The position numbers and the translations under genes were made by a program. The notes under the pieces are model-generated. The model was not told the DNA's origin. It worked only from the letters and a program-made list of their open reading frames with translations, and searched no databases. From Anaerohalosphaeraceae bacterium (GTDB lineage Bacteria; Planctomycetota; Phycisphaerae; Sedimentisphaerales; Anaerohalosphaeraceae), in NCBI GenBank assembly GCA_050309605.1, contig JBNRMN010000010.1, positions 8,936 through 72,935 of the forward strand: a stretch of DNA of 64,000 nucleotides. Reading direction: 5' to 3'. Positions 30,050 to 40,624 of the stretch are shown piece after piece. Positions within the stretch are counted from its first letter, which is position 1, and each line of letters opens with the position of its first letter.

Positions 30050-32632
30050 TTAGCGGCTTGTCGGTACTATCTGTTTGAATTGTTCGGGCGTTGTCTCGGT
30101 GCGAATGATAACAAGGCTCTCTTTCTGCGCGGTGTCAAATTTCAGCAGATCGCCGGAAAGGGTTTCAGAACGGCTGCCCTTGCGAAACACAATCACGTCC
30201 TGTTCGTGCCATGGATTGCGCAGCCGACATTCGCCGCCGTATTGCGAATGTATTTCGACAAACTCAACTTGGCCGTCTTTCATGGCGGAGCTGACAAGAA
30301 ACCCGCCTCGACACAACAGCGTGTAGTGGGCATCCCATTCAGCGGGCCAGGCGGGAAAGACGCGAATAACAGGGGGTTTTCCGGGGGACGGGGGAACGCT
30401 CTGGATCAGCGCGTTATGCAGGGTGTCGGCGGCTCGACCAAGACGCTGGGCGCTGGTGGTTTGCCGGCCTTCCCGCTGATCCATACGATTGGCCATTACC
30501 GGTGCTCGATCAGGAAAAGAAAGCTGGTTCGGAAGCAGGTATCGGACATGGTCAGCTCGTCCCATCATAGCGGAAGTAACTCCAAGCTTGGACAGAACAC
30601 CAATTCGGGTATCTTCATTGATACGGCCACGTCCGTAACCGTTGTAGGTTGCATGTGCAATCTTCATTGTTTCCGGATTCTCGTTTTCGAGTGTGCACAG
30701 ATCAAAGAACCACATCGGCATGGTGTTGCCGTCAGGGCGTCCGGTCCCGCTGCCCTGGACAATCGGCGGCAGCGCCCGAATCCAGTAGGGGGCCTCGTCA
30801 GCACGCCGATCGGATGCTCGTACATCCGGATGGTCGCTGGTCGGCAGCGGCGATAAATGATCGAGCAGCTCCTGCCAGAGTGGACGCATATCGGTGTCTC
30901 TGTCAAGGATTTCAGAAGCTCTGATGACCACCGGAAGAATCCCCATCATCGAGGCGATTTCTTCATCGGTGTTGCGTCCGCCCCAGATAGACTCGTTGCT
31001 GTTGACATGATGAATATGGTATTTGCCGTCCGCTTCTTTGCGGAGATTGGGATAATGCCGATAGAACTCGGCGACCCCTTTCAGTACTGGGTACGCACGA
31101 TCGGCCAGCCATTTTTCGTCCTGCGTGTATTCATAGCGCAGCCAGTATTGATACGCGATTTTTGCACCGCGGGAAAAAATATGCGTTACATGGCCGAAGG
31201 GACCGCCTCCCTTTTCCGGATAAATCCAGTACCCGTCTTGCCAGTGTCCGTTTGCTTTCCAGTTCCAGCGGCTGGCGTGGGGCAACCGATGACGGGCATA
31301 GGCGAGAAATGGCTCGGATTTCTGCTGCCAGGGTTTGCGCAACAGGTAAAGTTCCTGCATTTCTTCGGCAATGTCGTCGGGAAGCTGCGCCAATCCGTCA
31401 AAGGAGAGCGTTTCCGGGATGAAAATGCCTTGACTGCCCCATTGCTGGCGGGCGGCCAGCGCGCAGGATTCCAACATCGACGAATACATATCAAAATGGG
31501 GAGCCAGCAACTCCGTATGATTGGCGGCCAAAAGAGCGCTGTTGTACAGACAGCTTTGATTGGCGCCCCAGTATTGTCCGCCCCACTGGCGCGTATCGCC
31601 GCCGGTCGTCCACAGCATCCCGTTGAATTTAGCGGGGAATGTGCCGCGTGAGGTACAAGCCATGAGATAGAGATAGAAAGTGTAATGCGCTTCAATCATC
31701 TCGGCCGTGCCGTCATCACTGGACAAATGCACAAATGAACGGCTCCAGAAATCATGCCACCACACCTTGTTTGACGCCGCCAATTGAAGAAATTCCCGCT
31801 CGGCGGCATAGTCCAATTGCGTCAGGGCCGCAGAAGTCAGATCGTCTTCGCGATTGAAGCCGGCCGCAGAGGCGATCAAAACAGTAAACGTTCCCCGGCC
31901 CGGCTGTGCCACCAGTTGCCACCGGCGCTCATCCGCCTGCCTGATTTCAGAGTGGCGTCCATAGACGCCGACGGCAACCGCAGAACCGCAATAGTAGTCC
32001 TCTTCTTCGAATCGTTGGGTCAGGATAATCGCTCCGTCGCGGCTGTTCAGAGTGGAGCGGGCGACATGTCCGGCGGTTCGTCTATCCGGATTGCGCAGCA
32101 TCCTTAAATTCACGCTGACGGGACCGGGCTGTTTGCGCTGGTCGGTCACGTGCAGGGCGATGACATCCTGTTCGTGCCAGGCCAGCGCCTGAATCTGTAT
32201 ATCCTTGCCTTCGACCCGTGCCAGCCCGTCATAACAGGAAAGATGCTGTTGTGTCTGTTCATCGGTGAAAACAGCGTCTCCGTATTCAATAAACTCCACA
32301 TCCACAAAACCGGCGCCGCCGCAATAATCGGTGTGGCGCTGGGGGAAATTGCCTGTGGCGCTGCCGTTGGCGAAGATGTCCACTCGGTTGATCTGCATCT
32401 TCAGTGTGGTCGGCGTTGTCCACAACAAGGTCCCCATACGCCCGTTACCGATAGGCATACCCGCCTCGCTTTGTTCGACGGGTTTGTCGTATCTCAAGTC
32501 TGCTCGCGCAACAAGTCGGGCATAGTCCGGCTGAAGCATCCGTGATTCGGCTTGAACGGGTGTCAGCGATAAGGTCGAGCCGAAAAGCAAAACGATGCAC
32601 GAATAAATGAGGCGCAGGGCGATTTCATTCAT
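30050..32632 (-). CDS. GH95-like glycoside hydrolase (divergent)
   Basis: GMPIGNGRMG, WWHDFWSRS, PAKFNG, AYPVLKGVAEFY, IRVFPAWPAEW and LLCRGGFLVSS. Signal peptide. Confidence 0.72.
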   Translation of the reverse strand: MNEIALRLIYSCIVLLFGSTLSLTPVQAESRMLQPDYARLVARADLRYDKPVEQSEAGMPIGNGRMGTLLWTTPTTLKMQINRVDIFANGSATGNFPQRHTDYCGGAGFVDVEFIEYGDAVFTDEQTQQHLSCYDGLARVEGKDIQIQALAWHEQDVIALHVTDQRKQPGPVSVNLRMLRNPDRRTAGHVARSTLNSRDGAIILTQRFEEEDYYCGSAVAVGVYGRHSEIRQADERRWQLVAQPGRGTFTVLIASAAGFNREDDLTSAALTQLDYAAEREFLQLAASNKVWWHDFWSRSFVHLSSDDGTAEMIEAHYTFYLYLMACTSRGTFPAKFNGMLWTTGGDTRQWGGQYWGANQSCLYNSALLAANHTELLAPHFDMYSSMLESCALAARQQWGSQGIFIPETLSFDGLAQLPDDIAEEMQELYLLRKPWQQKSEPFLAYARHRLPHASRWNWKANGHWQDGYWIYPEKGGGPFGHVTHIFSRGAKIAYQYWLRYEYTQDEKWLADRAYPVLKGVAEFYRHYPNLRKEADGKYHIHHVNSNESIWGGRNTDEEIASMMGILPVVIRASEILDRDTDMRPLWQELLDHLSPLPTSDHPDVRASDRRADEAPYWIRALPPIVQGSGTGRPDGNTMPMWFFDLCTLENENPETMKIAHATYNGYGRGRINEDTRIGVLSKLGVTSAMMGRADHVRYLLPNQLSFPDRAPVMANRMDQREGRQTTSAQRLGRAADTLHNALIQSVPPSPGKPPVIRVFPAWPAEWDAHYTLLCRGGFLVSSAMKDGQVEFVEIHSQYGGECRLRNPWHEQDVIVFRKGSRSETLSGDLLKFDTAQKESLVIIRTETTPEQFKQIVPTSR

Positions 32633-32664
32633 AGCATTGTTCTCATTGAGTATTCGATCTCGTT

Positions 32665-34986
32665 TCAGTTAAAGCGGATAGTCCATTGAACCGGTCGATT
32701 TTCTTTTGATTCAACGACGACTCTTATGTAAGGGCCGTCCTGATCGACCAATTGAATGCGGACTCCCGCGGCGTCATCGGCTGCGGATACGGCAGTATCA
32801 GCCGCCCGCCAAACGCCTTTGTCTTTCATTGCAACAATTCGCAATTCATACGGATCGCCGCCGACCACCTCGCTGATTCCGTGAAGGGCGTTGGCTGTGC
32901 TGTCCCACCGTTCCTCCTTGACATCAATAATGCCCTGGGTGATATGACGGGAGGTACTGAGCAGCCGAGGTGTATTGCCGGCCGGAGACAGTGAGATAAT
33001 ACGGCATTGAGCCTGTCCAAGCTCGGCTTGGATCATGCCCTTGAATGGCTCGATAAAACGATTGCCCCAATAGTCGAATCCGACATACGTTGTCTCGCCG
33101 TCCAATCCGATTTGTTCCATAGGATACTCAATGGTTGCGGTCTTTTGGTCGTCCCAGTTATACAAGGCAACAATATCACGGCGCACTCCGGACGCATCAT
33201 CGCTCAGCAGCCAAATACGGGGAATTTTCTGTTCAAACAAATCGACCGGTCGCGGCGTTAGGGTATGTGTGGGCATAGTGCGCTTCAAAATATCCAGCCG
33301 TTCTTCGCTCAGCTTCGTATAGTCGGTGCTGCTGGCGTTAAGCTGGCCGGCAATGGTGACCCAGGAACAGAGTGTTCGAGCCTGCTCCAGCGGTACATCA
33401 TTCTGACGAACGTAAATCGGGTCGGGGTCATTGTGCCACACGCGCCGATGCAGGAAATAAACCCGGCTGCCGTAATCCGGTCCGCGAAGTATTCTGTCCC
33501 AGTTACGATTGTTGTCCGGACCGATTCGCATGGCATCCACCAGTCCCATGGCTGGTGCAAACGACCGCATATTCTGAGGAATACAGCAGCCCAGGAAATA
33601 GACCTCTTTGCCGGCCGCCTGCCGAACGATTTGCAGACCCTTTCGATAGGCCTGAATGTGCGTCATGGTCGGATCATACAATGTTGACTCGCCGAGTTCA
33701 TCATCCCGATAGCGGTCATTGACATACATCAGGCGAGTGGCGGTGCCGGTAAACAATCCATCCATTTTGAAGTATTCATATCCCCATTCGTTAGCCAGTC
33801 GGTCGGCGATGCGATAGACATAACGCTGGGTCGCCGGATTCGTTAAATCCAGCGATGTGCCGCCCCATCGCGTGTCGAACGGCTCACCGTCTTTTGTGGC
33901 GAACAGATGCTGCTTGTCGGCGAAATAAGGGTCATCATACGTTCCCGCAAACGGCATGTACCAGATGCCCGGCACCAGTCCGAGCGATTTGATTTTATCG
34001 GCGGTGGCTTTCATCCCCGACGGATAAGGCCCGTCCGGTTTATGGCGTTCAAAAATCTTCTGGGGGCCGTTGGAACGCACGCCGTCCTGCCACCGGTCGT
34101 CAATCTGAACAACGGAGAATCCGTAGGGTTTAAGATGTCTTTCGGCAAATTCCGCATTGGTAATCAAATCTCTTTCATTCGAGGCGCCGGCGTGATACCA
34201 CGTGCAATAGACGACCGGAAGCGGCGGCAGGGCGATGGCGTACCATTCGGCTACGGCGTCGGCATACGCCTCCAGCCCCAGCCGCGTATCGTCAAATCCG
34301 CCGAAGATGAAGGTTTCGAGGGCCTCGGTCTGTCCGGCGTCAAGCTGGAGGCGACCGTAGTCGATGCGGGCCTCAAGAGAAAGGGTGTTATCTTGAATGT
34401 CGCTGAAGACAACGCCGCTGCCGCGTTCATTGCTCAGCCACGCCGCGGTGATGCCGCGGCGGGTTTTCGGGTCGGCAACCGCCAAGAAGGCGTAGCTGCC
34501 CGAATTGGACTGTTTATCCACACCGCTCAGTCCGCCGGTGCCGAGAGCTTTGAGCTGATCAGCGACAAAAGGCAGTTCTGCGGTAAGGGTAAAAGGTGTG
34601 TACCGTTTATAGAGTGTCTGCTCCGGCTCGGCGTTTTCAAGTGTTGTCTGAAGAAAAACAAACGGACTGCCGCGGTAGAGCGTCAATGTATGTATATTTC
34701 CGTCTTGGCCGCCCACTTCAATCGTTCGGCCCCTTCCGAACACAGAGTCTTCCGTCCCGCGGACACGCGCCGTCGCGGGCGGATCGGTGAAATGAACCGC
34801 ATAAACGGTATCCGCCCACCCCTCGCTGAACCGAATCGAAATCGCTCCGGTTGCCGGACTGTAGCTGACCGTTGCATGGGCGTTTTCGATCTGAAGATCA
34901 GCATCTTGTGCGGCGACAAACGAGCTGGCGAAAAAGGCAACACTTAAGATAAACCCCTGAATTCCGTAACGGCGATACGTTCTCAT
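32665..34986 (-). CDS. GH36-like alpha-galactosidase (clan GH-D)
   Basis: VYCTWY, VVQIDDRWQ, GLVPGIW, LDLTNP, YFKMDG, AMRIGPD and WHNDPD. Confidence 0.8.
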   Translation of the reverse strand: MRTYRRYGIQGFILSVAFFASSFVAAQDADLQIENAHATVSYSPATGAISIRFSEGWADTVYAVHFTDPPATARVRGTEDSVFGRGRTIEVGGQDGNIHTLTLYRGSPFVFLQTTLENAEPEQTLYKRYTPFTLTAELPFVADQLKALGTGGLSGVDKQSNSGSYAFLAVADPKTRRGITAAWLSNERGSGVVFSDIQDNTLSLEARIDYGRLQLDAGQTEALETFIFGGFDDTRLGLEAYADAVAEWYAIALPPLPVVYCTWYHAGASNERDLITNAEFAERHLKPYGFSVVQIDDRWQDGVRSNGPQKIFERHKPDGPYPSGMKATADKIKSLGLVPGIWYMPFAGTYDDPYFADKQHLFATKDGEPFDTRWGGTSLDLTNPATQRYVYRIADRLANEWGYEYFKMDGLFTGTATRLMYVNDRYRDDELGESTLYDPTMTHIQAYRKGLQIVRQAAGKEVYFLGCCIPQNMRSFAPAMGLVDAMRIGPDNNRNWDRILRGPDYGSRVYFLHRRVWHNDPDPIYVRQNDVPLEQARTLCSWVTIAGQLNASSTDYTKLSEERLDILKRTMPTHTLTPRPVDLFEQKIPRIWLLSDDASGVRRDIVALYNWDDQKTATIEYPMEQIGLDGETTYVGFDYWGNRFIEPFKGMIQAELGQAQCRIISLSPAGNTPRLLSTSRHITQGIIDVKEERWDSTANALHGISEVVGGDPYELRIVAMKDKGVWRAADTAVSAADDAAGVRIQLVDQDGPYIRVVVESKENRPVQWTIRFN

Positions 34987-35148
34987 GCCAAAAAATCCTT
35001 TCCGTTAAGTTAAAAAATTTGCTTCGACCGATAGTCGGATTCCTGTTTGTTTACGGATTGTATAGAAAATCATTTTTACGGTATGACCTTTTTGGTCGTG
35101 CCGCGTTGCTCTCTGTTTATCCGGCGCCCGGGGTTGCTTGGGGTTGAT

Positions 35149-37383
35149 TTAATTCGAAGTTACACTCCAGCGAATCGCCTGTCGTACGAGCGTCCTGTAG
35201 GCCGGATGGGCGTAAGCGTCAGGGCCATGCCCAAGTTGAAGATAACAGATATTAGCGTTTTTGTATCGGCGCACCCAGCCGATCTCTCGGCGATTCGTTT
35301 GTGCGTCTGTTGTCAGCAGCAGATGATTATCCGGCTCTACGGCGTAATGATTGTAGGTCTCGTCGATAAGCTGAAAATCTCCAACGCCGACTGTCACCGG
35401 ATGTGATGCGTCCGTTACATAGATGTTCATCTGCACATCATGCTGATATGTTCCGGCCGGATAGACGACGTCGTCCACCTTGGTCGGTTCTTGATAATAC
35501 TGCCCGCCGATGATGCGGCGATATTCCGGCCATGTCTGGAAACTGCACAAACTATGATGCAGCGCCACCACGCCGACGCCCTGTTCAAGCAGACGAATGA
35601 AATTGGCCTGTCGGTGCGGAGAGATCGATTGTGTCATATTATACAACACAAACCCGTCGTATTTCCAATCATCAATGGATTCGAATATTTCGCTGTCATC
35701 GTGTAGCTCGATGTGGGTATAACGTACTCCCTCCATCTCATCAAACATCGCAAAAAACGGTTCTTTGCTGAAGCCGTGTCCGCCGGTTACCAGCAATACA
35801 TGAACCGGCTCACGTGCGGGTCGAATGCGGACTAATTCGGCGCCGTGAGGCGCAACGGTCATTTGAAACTGTGAGCCAAACTGCCCCAGTTCTTTCTGAC
35901 GCCACACGTCGCGGACGGCCTGCGTTCCCGACAGCGTTAAGTCCGCCCATCGAACCGTTACGACTGCGGCCTGCTCGCCGAGATTAAACAATCCCACGGC
36001 CTTTGAACCGTCTTCGAGGTCTTTGGCATAGACGCGCAAGGTGTTGTCCGGCCCTTCGCGGGATACCGTGACTCCCTGCTGTCCAAGGGCATCCTGGCTG
36101 ACGGCCAGCACTTCGTCATTGGTCAATAGATTAAGCGTGAATTCGTCCAGCCGTTCCAGATCACATCCCAGCAGCAGGGGCGCCGACACCATACACCACA
36201 ATGTTACGTGCGTATATTGTTCATCCGGCGTCAAACCGGTCGGCTTGGGTTCGCGGCCGCCCCAGCCGCCGGTCATGCCGACCACCATCATATCCGGATC
36301 GTTCCAGTGTCCCGGACTTTGGTAACGTGCCCACCTGTCCAGACCAAAGCCAAAACCACTCATCCGCTCCCAATTGTCGCGAATATCACCGCTGGTGCGC
36401 CAGGCGTTGAGCATATGTCGTACCTTCGGGATTTCGCTGTACTGCATACTGTTGGAATAGCTATAGACGATATCACGTCCGCTGCGGCGAAGAGCGTCCG
36501 CCATATCCCGGATCTGCTTGTCAAACGGTGCAAAATCCACCTGCGGGGCGCTGCGCGGATTCCAGTCGTATTTCAGATAGTCAATACCCCACGCCGCCCA
36601 CTGTGCGGCGTCGTTATCGGCAAAAACATAACGCCCGTCGCGTCGAAATTCACGTCCTTTCATCTGTTCGGTCCATAGACCATCCGGATTGTCGGAACTG
36701 CCGCCCACATAGCCGGCGTACGTGGTAATCCAGGGCGATGAGTATATCCCCACTTTCAATCCCATCTCATGAATAGCACTGCAGAGTCCTTCCATGTCGG
36801 GAAAACGTTCATTGCCCTGAATCGCATTATAATGGCCGCCGCGTTTTCCCTGCCAGGCATCGTCGATATTGATATAGGTCCAGCCGTGATTAACCAGGCC
36901 GGACGACGCCATCGCGCGGGCGGCGCGGAGAATTTTATCCGCATCAATCATCGGCCCCCAGCAGTTCCAACTGTTCCAGCCCATCGGCGGCGTCAATGCA
37001 ATTGTTTCCCCGACGACGATCCTGAAGGGTCGTTCATCGGTACCCAGAGCGTTTTTTGCATGCAGCGTAACACGATATTCGCCGGGCGTTCTCAGCGTGC
37101 CGGTGATCCGCCCCGTTTGAGTGTCCACGCGCAACTCGTCAGGCAGCCCTTCAGCAGAAAACTCCATCGGTCGGCTGCCCGTGGCCGGAATCTGATACAG
37201 AAAAGGATGGTCCGGACGCACGCCGAAAATCGACGGCCCGTTGATTCGCGGTGTCGCCGGCGGTTTCGGAGTGCGTATTTCCGGCCCGGTCTGTGCGTCG
37301 CCGTATATTAGGCTTGCAGTTGCCATCATACTTATCGCCAAGAACCACAAGCGAACCCGAACGATTTTGTGAATATACTTCAT
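35149..37383 (-). CDS. GH27 alpha-galactosidase with N-terminal putative Ig domain and C-terminal ThuA-like domain
   Basis: ALTPPMGWNSWN, YINIDDAWQ, WGIDYLKYDW, WRTSGDI, WNDPDMM; then VLLVTGGHGF...GVVALH...QLGHG (ThuA). ATG 37383 preferred over TTG 37413. Confidence 0.9.
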   Translation of the reverse strand: MKYIHKIVRVRLWFLAISMMATASLIYGDAQTGPEIRTPKPPATPRINGPSIFGVRPDHPFLYQIPATGSRPMEFSAEGLPDELRVDTQTGRITGTLRTPGEYRVTLHAKNALGTDERPFRIVVGETIALTPPMGWNSWNCWGPMIDADKILRAARAMASSGLVNHGWTYINIDDAWQGKRGGHYNAIQGNERFPDMEGLCSAIHEMGLKVGIYSSPWITTYAGYVGGSSDNPDGLWTEQMKGREFRRDGRYVFADNDAAQWAAWGIDYLKYDWNPRSAPQVDFAPFDKQIRDMADALRRSGRDIVYSYSNSMQYSEIPKVRHMLNAWRTSGDIRDNWERMSGFGFGLDRWARYQSPGHWNDPDMMVVGMTGGWGGREPKPTGLTPDEQYTHVTLWCMVSAPLLLGCDLERLDEFTLNLLTNDEVLAVSQDALGQQGVTVSREGPDNTLRVYAKDLEDGSKAVGLFNLGEQAAVVTVRWADLTLSGTQAVRDVWRQKELGQFGSQFQMTVAPHGAELVRIRPAREPVHVLLVTGGHGFSKEPFFAMFDEMEGVRYTHIELHDDSEIFESIDDWKYDGFVLYNMTQSISPHRQANFIRLLEQGVGVVALHHSLCSFQTWPEYRRIIGGQYYQEPTKVDDVVYPAGTYQHDVQMNIYVTDASHPVTVGVGDFQLIDETYNHYAVEPDNHLLLTTDAQTNRREIGWVRRYKNANICYLQLGHGPDAYAHPAYRTLVRQAIRWSVTSN

Positions 37384-37417
37384 TAATGATCCTGTCATTG
37401 AAAGAAAGAACAAAGTG

Positions 37418-38212
37418 CTATCGTTTGCTCGGGGCGGGCTGGGGTGGGGTGACGGTGAAATCCGGCTCGGCGCCTCGATGCCACGCCAGCGTCCATAGGT
37501 CGGCGTGTGGTATGATTTTGACTTGACCGTCCACGAACACCCCGTGGGTTTCAGGACCGTGTCGATCCATCACATAACGCCCGATCATGGTGTTGACTGT
37601 GGAATTGCCGCCGGCTCCGTCTCCCAAATCATAACGATAACCGGTTGCCGGCAGCCGGTTGGTATTTTTCGGCCAACCATCGACCCAGTTGGCGTCCAAA
37701 ATAAAGGGCGTATTCATCGGGTTTCTTACGGAGGCAATTTTCCCGTAGAGCTTGGGTTGATCCGCATCGACAACCAACCCGACCGATCTGTATAACCAGC
37801 CGTTGAGTCCGTAACTGCCAAAGTAATAAGGCTCGGCAGGATCATTCGGTTTGGGCCAGCGCCACGGCCTTGTGGATTCACCCCATTGATCATTGGCGGT
37901 GTCTTCGGCCTCCGGCAGCCGAGCGATGGTCTCCGGACAATATCGAACGTCATTGATGTTGTCAACGTAATAGCCGACTCGTTCCATCCACAGATGGCCT
38001 CCGCCGTAGGTGAAAAACTCGCCGTTGTTCTCGTTGACGTAAAGCATACACGCCATACTCAGACTTCTGAGGTTGGTATGGTCGATGACCTTTCTGGCGT
38101 GGGCACGGGCTTTTCGCAGCGAGGGGACTACAATGCTCAGCAGAAGTGCAATAATTGCAATGACCACCAGCAGCTCAATCAGCGTAAATCCTTTGTCTCG
38201 CTTGTGCTTCAT
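37418..38212 (-). CDS. Prepilin-type N-terminal cleavage/methylation protein with H-X9-DG motif (module 2)
   Basis: [35 protein letters not shown] and H-GPETHGVFV-DG. GGAG RBS. Confidence 0.9.
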   Translation of the reverse strand: MKHKRDKGFTLIELLVVIAIIALLLSIVVPSLRKARAHARKVIDHTNLRSLSMACMLYVNENNGEFFTYGGGHLWMERVGYYVDNINDVRYCPETIARLPEAEDTANDQWGESTRPWRWPKPNDPAEPYYFGSYGLNGWLYRSVGLVVDADQPKLYGKIASVRNPMNTPFILDANWVDGWPKNTNRLPATGYRYDLGDGAGGNSTVNTMIGRYVMDRHGPETHGVFVDGQVKIIPHADLWTLAWHRGAEPDFTVTPPQPAPSKR

Positions 38213-38281
38213 AATCAGTTCTCCAAATGTGTTCGGTTGCTGCTTTTTGTTATCACGGGTTCTATCGATAGGTTAATCGAT

Positions 38282-38316
38282 ACGAGTTCAGCCGACGCTG
38301 AGTCGGCCGAACCCGT
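38282..38316 (-). terminator. 15-bp hairpin between the LamG scaffold and prepilin genes (module 2)
   Basis: Minus strand ACGGGTTCGGCCGAC-tcagc-GTCGGCTGAACTCGT. Both imperfections are G.U wobbles only on the minus (transcribed) strand. Confidence 0.65.
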
Positions 38317-38331
38317 TTAGTCAATCACACT

Positions 38332-40491
38332 TTATTCAATGACATCAACACATTCCGGGAAGAGATTGCAATCCAGCCACGATTGAGCAAAAATAGCCAA
38401 GTCGCTGATGTCCACTCGGCAGTTGCCGCTCAGATCCAGCGCCGGATTGCTCACACAGAACGGCTCCTCGTACTCGACATACAAGTAGCCGATGTCCGTC
38501 TGTGTCAAGGGATAGTTCCAGACCCGCACATCGTCCAGCAGACCGTCATACGGAATGATGCTGTCCGTAAGGGCATCACCCGTCATCGGATCGATGGTCA
38601 GCTCATTACCGAAAATGAACGGCTGACGGGTCTGTTCGTCTGTTGTCGGATTGACCGGCGCGGTGAGACCCGTTCGGGTGACGCGCACCCTGCCATCGAC
38701 ATACAGCCGAGCGACCTGCGCCTCGGCGTCATACGTTGCCGCCACGTGGCGCCACTGACCGTTGTTGATCGCCAGCGCCGACGAGGCGGTCAGATCGCCG
38801 GTTGTGCCGCGAAGCTGCAATCGCGTGTCGCCGCCGTTGTGCGCCATGCAAACCCCTTGCCAGGCGTCCATCTCGCCCTCAATGCTGCGCGTCGATTTGG
38901 ACAGATAGGTGCCCCAGCCGGTCTGTGTGCTCTTCGTCCAGAACGACAGCGTAAAGCCGCGAGTCAGAAAGCCGAATCCCTGTGTGCTGCCGAGAATATC
39001 GACGAACACATCGTCTTCGGCGGTGAACGAGAGCGATTTGCCGCTGATACCATCGTCATCAAAACTCGGCTCGATAGGTTCGACGAGGAGCGTTTCTCGG
39101 TCAACAACGCGCTTGGCCACGCCGTTCCAGCCGTTGCCGGTTATATCTTCGAGGCTGTCTTCAAACTCCCAGCGGGCAATCTGCCGATTGACCGTCAAGT
39201 AGGCCGACGCCGACTGAACCTCGGCCGGGTTACTCAGGATGCAGTAATAGTATCCCTCGTCGTCAATCTGCACATTTTCAATGATCAATGTCGGGTCGTC
39301 CGTTTTTTCTGATACGAGGACATCCGCATCATCGCCGACTTGATACCAACGGTAAACAATGGGTGTCGGGCTGGTAGCGGTAACCGTCAACTCGGCGGTA
39401 TCACCGGGCAACACCCATGTCGGTTGAGGGCCGCCAAGGATAAACGGAGAAAGCGGAATCGTCGTAAAGGACCAGATTTTGCCGGCGACCGTTATTGGCG
39501 TTAGATTGGGGTCGTCATCGATTACCAGCATCGTATCCACACGCCAGAAATACGGTGTGTTGTGTTCCAGGCCACTGACGGCGATGCTGTTGTCTTCCTG
39601 TTCAGCGCTGAGCAGAGTCGCCGGATCGCCTTCGGCGACCTTTGCCTCATTCGGATCCAGATAAAGGGTATAGCCGACGACCTCTGCGATATTGGGGTCG
39701 TCGCCCGGTTCCCATGAAAGCGTCGTATCCACCGGCACGGCAATTGCGCCATTGGCGGGAATGGGATTCATCGCCTGGCGGGTGGTCAGTTCCATCAAAC
39801 CGGGAACCTCGGAGGCCGGAATCGCCACATTGAAGAGCTGGACATCGTCAATGCGTCCGGCGAAAATCCACCGTAAATCTCCTGGACTGGTGCTTCTCCA
39901 CTCTCTTCCGATTCCGCTGCCGGGAGCGGCCGGGCTTCCGAGGGCATGGCTTCGCACTCCCGTACCGACAAGTTCGCCGTTGATATAGATGGAAACATCA
40001 TAATTATCCGAAACCGTTACGGCCACATGCGTCCATTGACCAACAGGGACAGGCTCGTCGGACAAGATAGTATCCCGGCCGCCGGTCCAAATCTGGTTAG
40101 GCGGATTGGTGTCGCCTTTGATTGAAATACCAATACCGTCTCGCCATTCACCCTGTGCAAAAACCTGGTTGTGATTCTTCTGAACGGCCATATTGATCCA
40201 TGCCGCCACGGTGGCGTTGCCCCCGACAGAAAAATCCAGTTCGGGAGGATTGCCAAGGTTGATGTAAGACGACGAGCCGTCCAGTTCGATCACCGTCCCG
40301 CCGCGCTCTTCGTCATAAACAAATTGCACCGGCCCAATGACCTCGCCGTGTAATCCGTTTCCGGAAGCATCGGCGGCGGTGCCGTCCTCGAAGGTATAGA
40401 GGGCGACCAATTCCGCACGAACCGCCGGTGTCGCGCCAAAACAGATCAACGCGACCACTGCACTTAGGGTCCACAGTTTTGCATGTTTCAT
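38332..40491 (-). CDS. Secreted LamG - FN3-like - Ig - LamG protein with Cys/EF-hand tail (module 2)
   Basis: ATG 40491 follows GGAGG. Signal peptide ending VRA; LVALYTFEDG; YFWRVD; GYYYCILSN; YDGLLDDVRVWNYPL; tail LDLSGNCRVDISDLAIFAQSWLDC...EC. Confidence 0.85.
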   Translation of the reverse strand: MKHAKLWTLSAVVALICFGATPAVRAELVALYTFEDGTAADASGNGLHGEVIGPVQFVYDEERGGTVIELDGSSSYINLGNPPELDFSVGGNATVAAWINMAVQKNHNQVFAQGEWRDGIGISIKGDTNPPNQIWTGGRDTILSDEPVPVGQWTHVAVTVSDNYDVSIYINGELVGTGVRSHALGSPAAPGSGIGREWRSTSPGDLRWIFAGRIDDVQLFNVAIPASEVPGLMELTTRQAMNPIPANGAIAVPVDTTLSWEPGDDPNIAEVVGYTLYLDPNEAKVAEGDPATLLSAEQEDNSIAVSGLEHNTPYFWRVDTMLVIDDDPNLTPITVAGKIWSFTTIPLSPFILGGPQPTWVLPGDTAELTVTATSPTPIVYRWYQVGDDADVLVSEKTDDPTLIIENVQIDDEGYYYCILSNPAEVQSASAYLTVNRQIARWEFEDSLEDITGNGWNGVAKRVVDRETLLVEPIEPSFDDDGISGKSLSFTAEDDVFVDILGSTQGFGFLTRGFTLSFWTKSTQTGWGTYLSKSTRSIEGEMDAWQGVCMAHNGGDTRLQLRGTTGDLTASSALAINNGQWRHVAATYDAEAQVARLYVDGRVRVTRTGLTAPVNPTTDEQTRQPFIFGNELTIDPMTGDALTDSIIPYDGLLDDVRVWNYPLTQTDIGYLYVEYEEPFCVSNPALDLSGNCRVDISDLAIFAQSWLDCNLFPECVDVIE

Positions 40492-40580
40492 GATACTGCC
40501 TCCAAATTCTTCTAAGGTTGCGGGTTTACGGGTTTTTGATACCACGGACTTTTTTTCAGTTCGCATCATTTGTTCCTCAG

Positions 40581-40608
40581 GGTTCGACCGATTTTGCGCC
40601 GGCTTAAA
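40581..40608 (-). promoter_or_regulatory. Putative ECF-type promoter TTTAAG-N16-CGAACC
   Basis: AAG-N16-CGAAC directly upstream of the module-2 scaffold gene, mirroring 6591 in module 1. Confidence 0.5.
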
Positions 40609-40624
40609 CCTCAATTGAAAGGTT

